Part shown: piece by piece, positions 62,451 through 64,000 of the stretch
Layout of the letters: every line of letters starts with the position of its first letter
Numbering within the stretch: the stretch's first letter is position 1
Source: Vicugna vicugna
Lineage: Eukaryota
Direction: 5' to 3'
Assembly: GCA_013265495.1 (NCBI GenBank)
Contig: MU061464.1
Span: 4,923,566-4,987,565 of the forward strand
DNA: 64,000 bases
The notes under the pieces: model-generated
The model's input: only the letters and a program-made list of their open reading frames with translations
What the model was told of the DNA's origin: nothing
The model's database searches: none
Translations under genes and position numbers: made by a program

Positions 62451-63094
62451 TCCATCTTAGAGCTCTGCTCCTCAGCGTCGCTTTGCCAAGTGCTCTAAGA
62501 ATGCAGTGTGCTCTCCAAACTGAAATTTTGTTCAGAGTGTATTCATTCACAGAAATCAGGCCTGAGATTGACTGTGGATTTCCACAAAATCGCATTAATT
62601 TCAGTTCTTGGCAATTACAGTGTAATTAGTGTTATTGATGTAGCAGCCTCGTAAATAGATATTCTCTCGCCATATAGGGGTTCTTTGTTTGCTGCCTGTT
62701 TTGTTTGTTTGTTTGTTTAGGCTTTGTTTATGCATGAAATTAGGCCTGGGTGTCTTCCCTCTTTCTTACGGAGGAATCACACGGGGAAGGGTAAAGAGAA
62801 AGGCTGGACCAGGATCCTTTCTTCCGGTGTGCCGAGTCTCCGTCTCAATGGCACATTCCTGCCAGCGCCATCCTGACTCCCCCTGTCCTGAGCTCTGTTA
62901 TCCCATGTCCCCAACCCACAGTCAACTTCCCCGTTTCGAGCACCATCAACCTTCCACACTGGCCTCTCCTAAACTGTCTCAAAAAGATGCAACTTTCCGT
63001 CTTTTCTCCAATACTCCTAGTAGTCTACACCTGCTGTTTTCCTTTACATCACCTTTGCAGATCTAAGTGTCTTGACTTACAAGATGCACTAGAT

Positions 63095-63185
63095 TTGGAG
63101 TCAGGAGGGGTTGACCTAAGTCCAGGCTCTGCCACTAATGTGTGCTCTTGAGCAAATGCCCATTTCTAAAGTGAGGGTGATAACT
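63095..63185 (+). mobile_element. MIR SINE 5' part, interrupted by the camelid SINE
   Basis: ttggagtcagga...ccaggctctgccactaatgtgtgctcttgagcaaat; MIR-like sequence resumes near 63350. Confidence 0.6.
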
Positions 63186-63188
63186 GGA

Positions 63189-63309
63189 GGGGAGTGGATA
63201 TAGCGCATGCTTAGCATGCAGGAGGCCCTGGGTTCGGTCCCCAGTACCTCCACGAAAAATAAATAAATAAGTAAATAAACAAACAAACAAACCTAATCAC
63301 CCTCTCCTC
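63189..63309 (+). mobile_element. Camelid tRNA-derived SINE (Vic-1 type) with A-box deletion
   Basis: ggggagtggatatagc|gcatgcttagcatgcaggaggccctgggttcggtccccagtacctcc, then (aaat)n and acctaatcaccctctcc. Confidence 0.9.
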
Positions 63310-64000
63310 AAATTAATTAATTAACTATTTTAAATTAAAAAATTAATTATCTACCTTAAAGGATTAAATAGAAAATATTTGTGAAAGTCTGTTATAAAGT
63401 ATAACATACCTATCGTGTATTTTACACCAGTGCTAATAAGAAAATAGTTGCCTTTACTTTTGTTTGGCTATCTCAGAAAAACATCAGCTTGCCACCATAC
63501 AAAGCCTAGCGTTCTAAAGTTGGTGAGAAGAAGTGAAAGAAATAGAAAATGTTTGCAAAAAAACGGAAGGTACAGGAAGTTATTGGGAAGAGTGGGAACA
63601 GAAGAAAATGGCAACAAAACAGAAAAAAAATAGAGATGATCAAACTGACAATATTAAGAGCACACACACAGAGCATATGTTTTTTAAGAAGAAGGACCAA
63701 TGCTGAATTTACAGGGATGGAGCAGTGGGGATCCAAGTTTAAAGTGGAGAGACTGTGTTTTTGGTCCACTTATGCCCCACCAGCTGTATCATCTTAGACA
63801 AGCCACTCTAACTGTCTGGGCTACATTTGACTAGTCTATGAAAAGAGACGGCCAGACAGCTTGATCTCCAGAAATTTCACCTGCTGCCTTCCGTGACTCA
63901 AAAAAAGGGGTCTTTTGTCATTGAAGTTGGCTTTCCACTAGGACCCTTGAAAATGCCCGTTAAACGCAAGACCTGGGATACTTTTTCTATAATAGAGAAA

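Noticed and set aside
1-64000. CRISPR arrays, rRNA, genuine tRNA, prokaryotic systems, intact ERV or L1 ORFs
   Set aside because: None seen. The tRNA-like motifs are SINE heads, and all retroelements are truncated or decayed.

Overview
This is mammalian euchromatic DNA, almost certainly camelid (camel, llama or alpaca), because it holds three copies of the Camelidae tRNA-derived Vic-1-type SINE. It comes from a short-read scaffold with seven N-gaps. I recognise no protein-coding gene. The ORF track is mostly chance ORFs or ORFs inflated by Ns. What can be supported: (i) the usual interspersed repeats (MIR, L2, old L1M, young truncated L1s with target-site duplications, MLT1/MLT2/MER21-like/ERV1-like LTRs, MER58A/MER20/MER5-like hAT elements, and an old DNA-transposon relic with ~64-bp terminal inverted repeats); (ii) CpG-island-like promoter regions at ~21.3-22.3 kb and ~62.0-62.45 kb, plus a CpG-dense patch at ~13.1 kb; (iii) several exon-like segments with good splice signals on both strands, some joining in frame into unrecognised peptides. 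The best of these are the plus-strand chain at 34.8-40.6 kb with a 23-nt microexon, the minus-strand cluster at 14.2-14.8 kb and the plus-strand exon 12165-12393. These exon parses are hypotheses, since pseudo-exons are common in mammalian DNA. I found no convincing previously undescribed biological system. The most testable leads are the possible unannotated spliced transcript(s), exon-like segments running into assembly gaps, and young retro-insertions that could be polymorphic. Repeat family names come from recalled consensus sequences, not a database search, and repeat boundaries are approximate.
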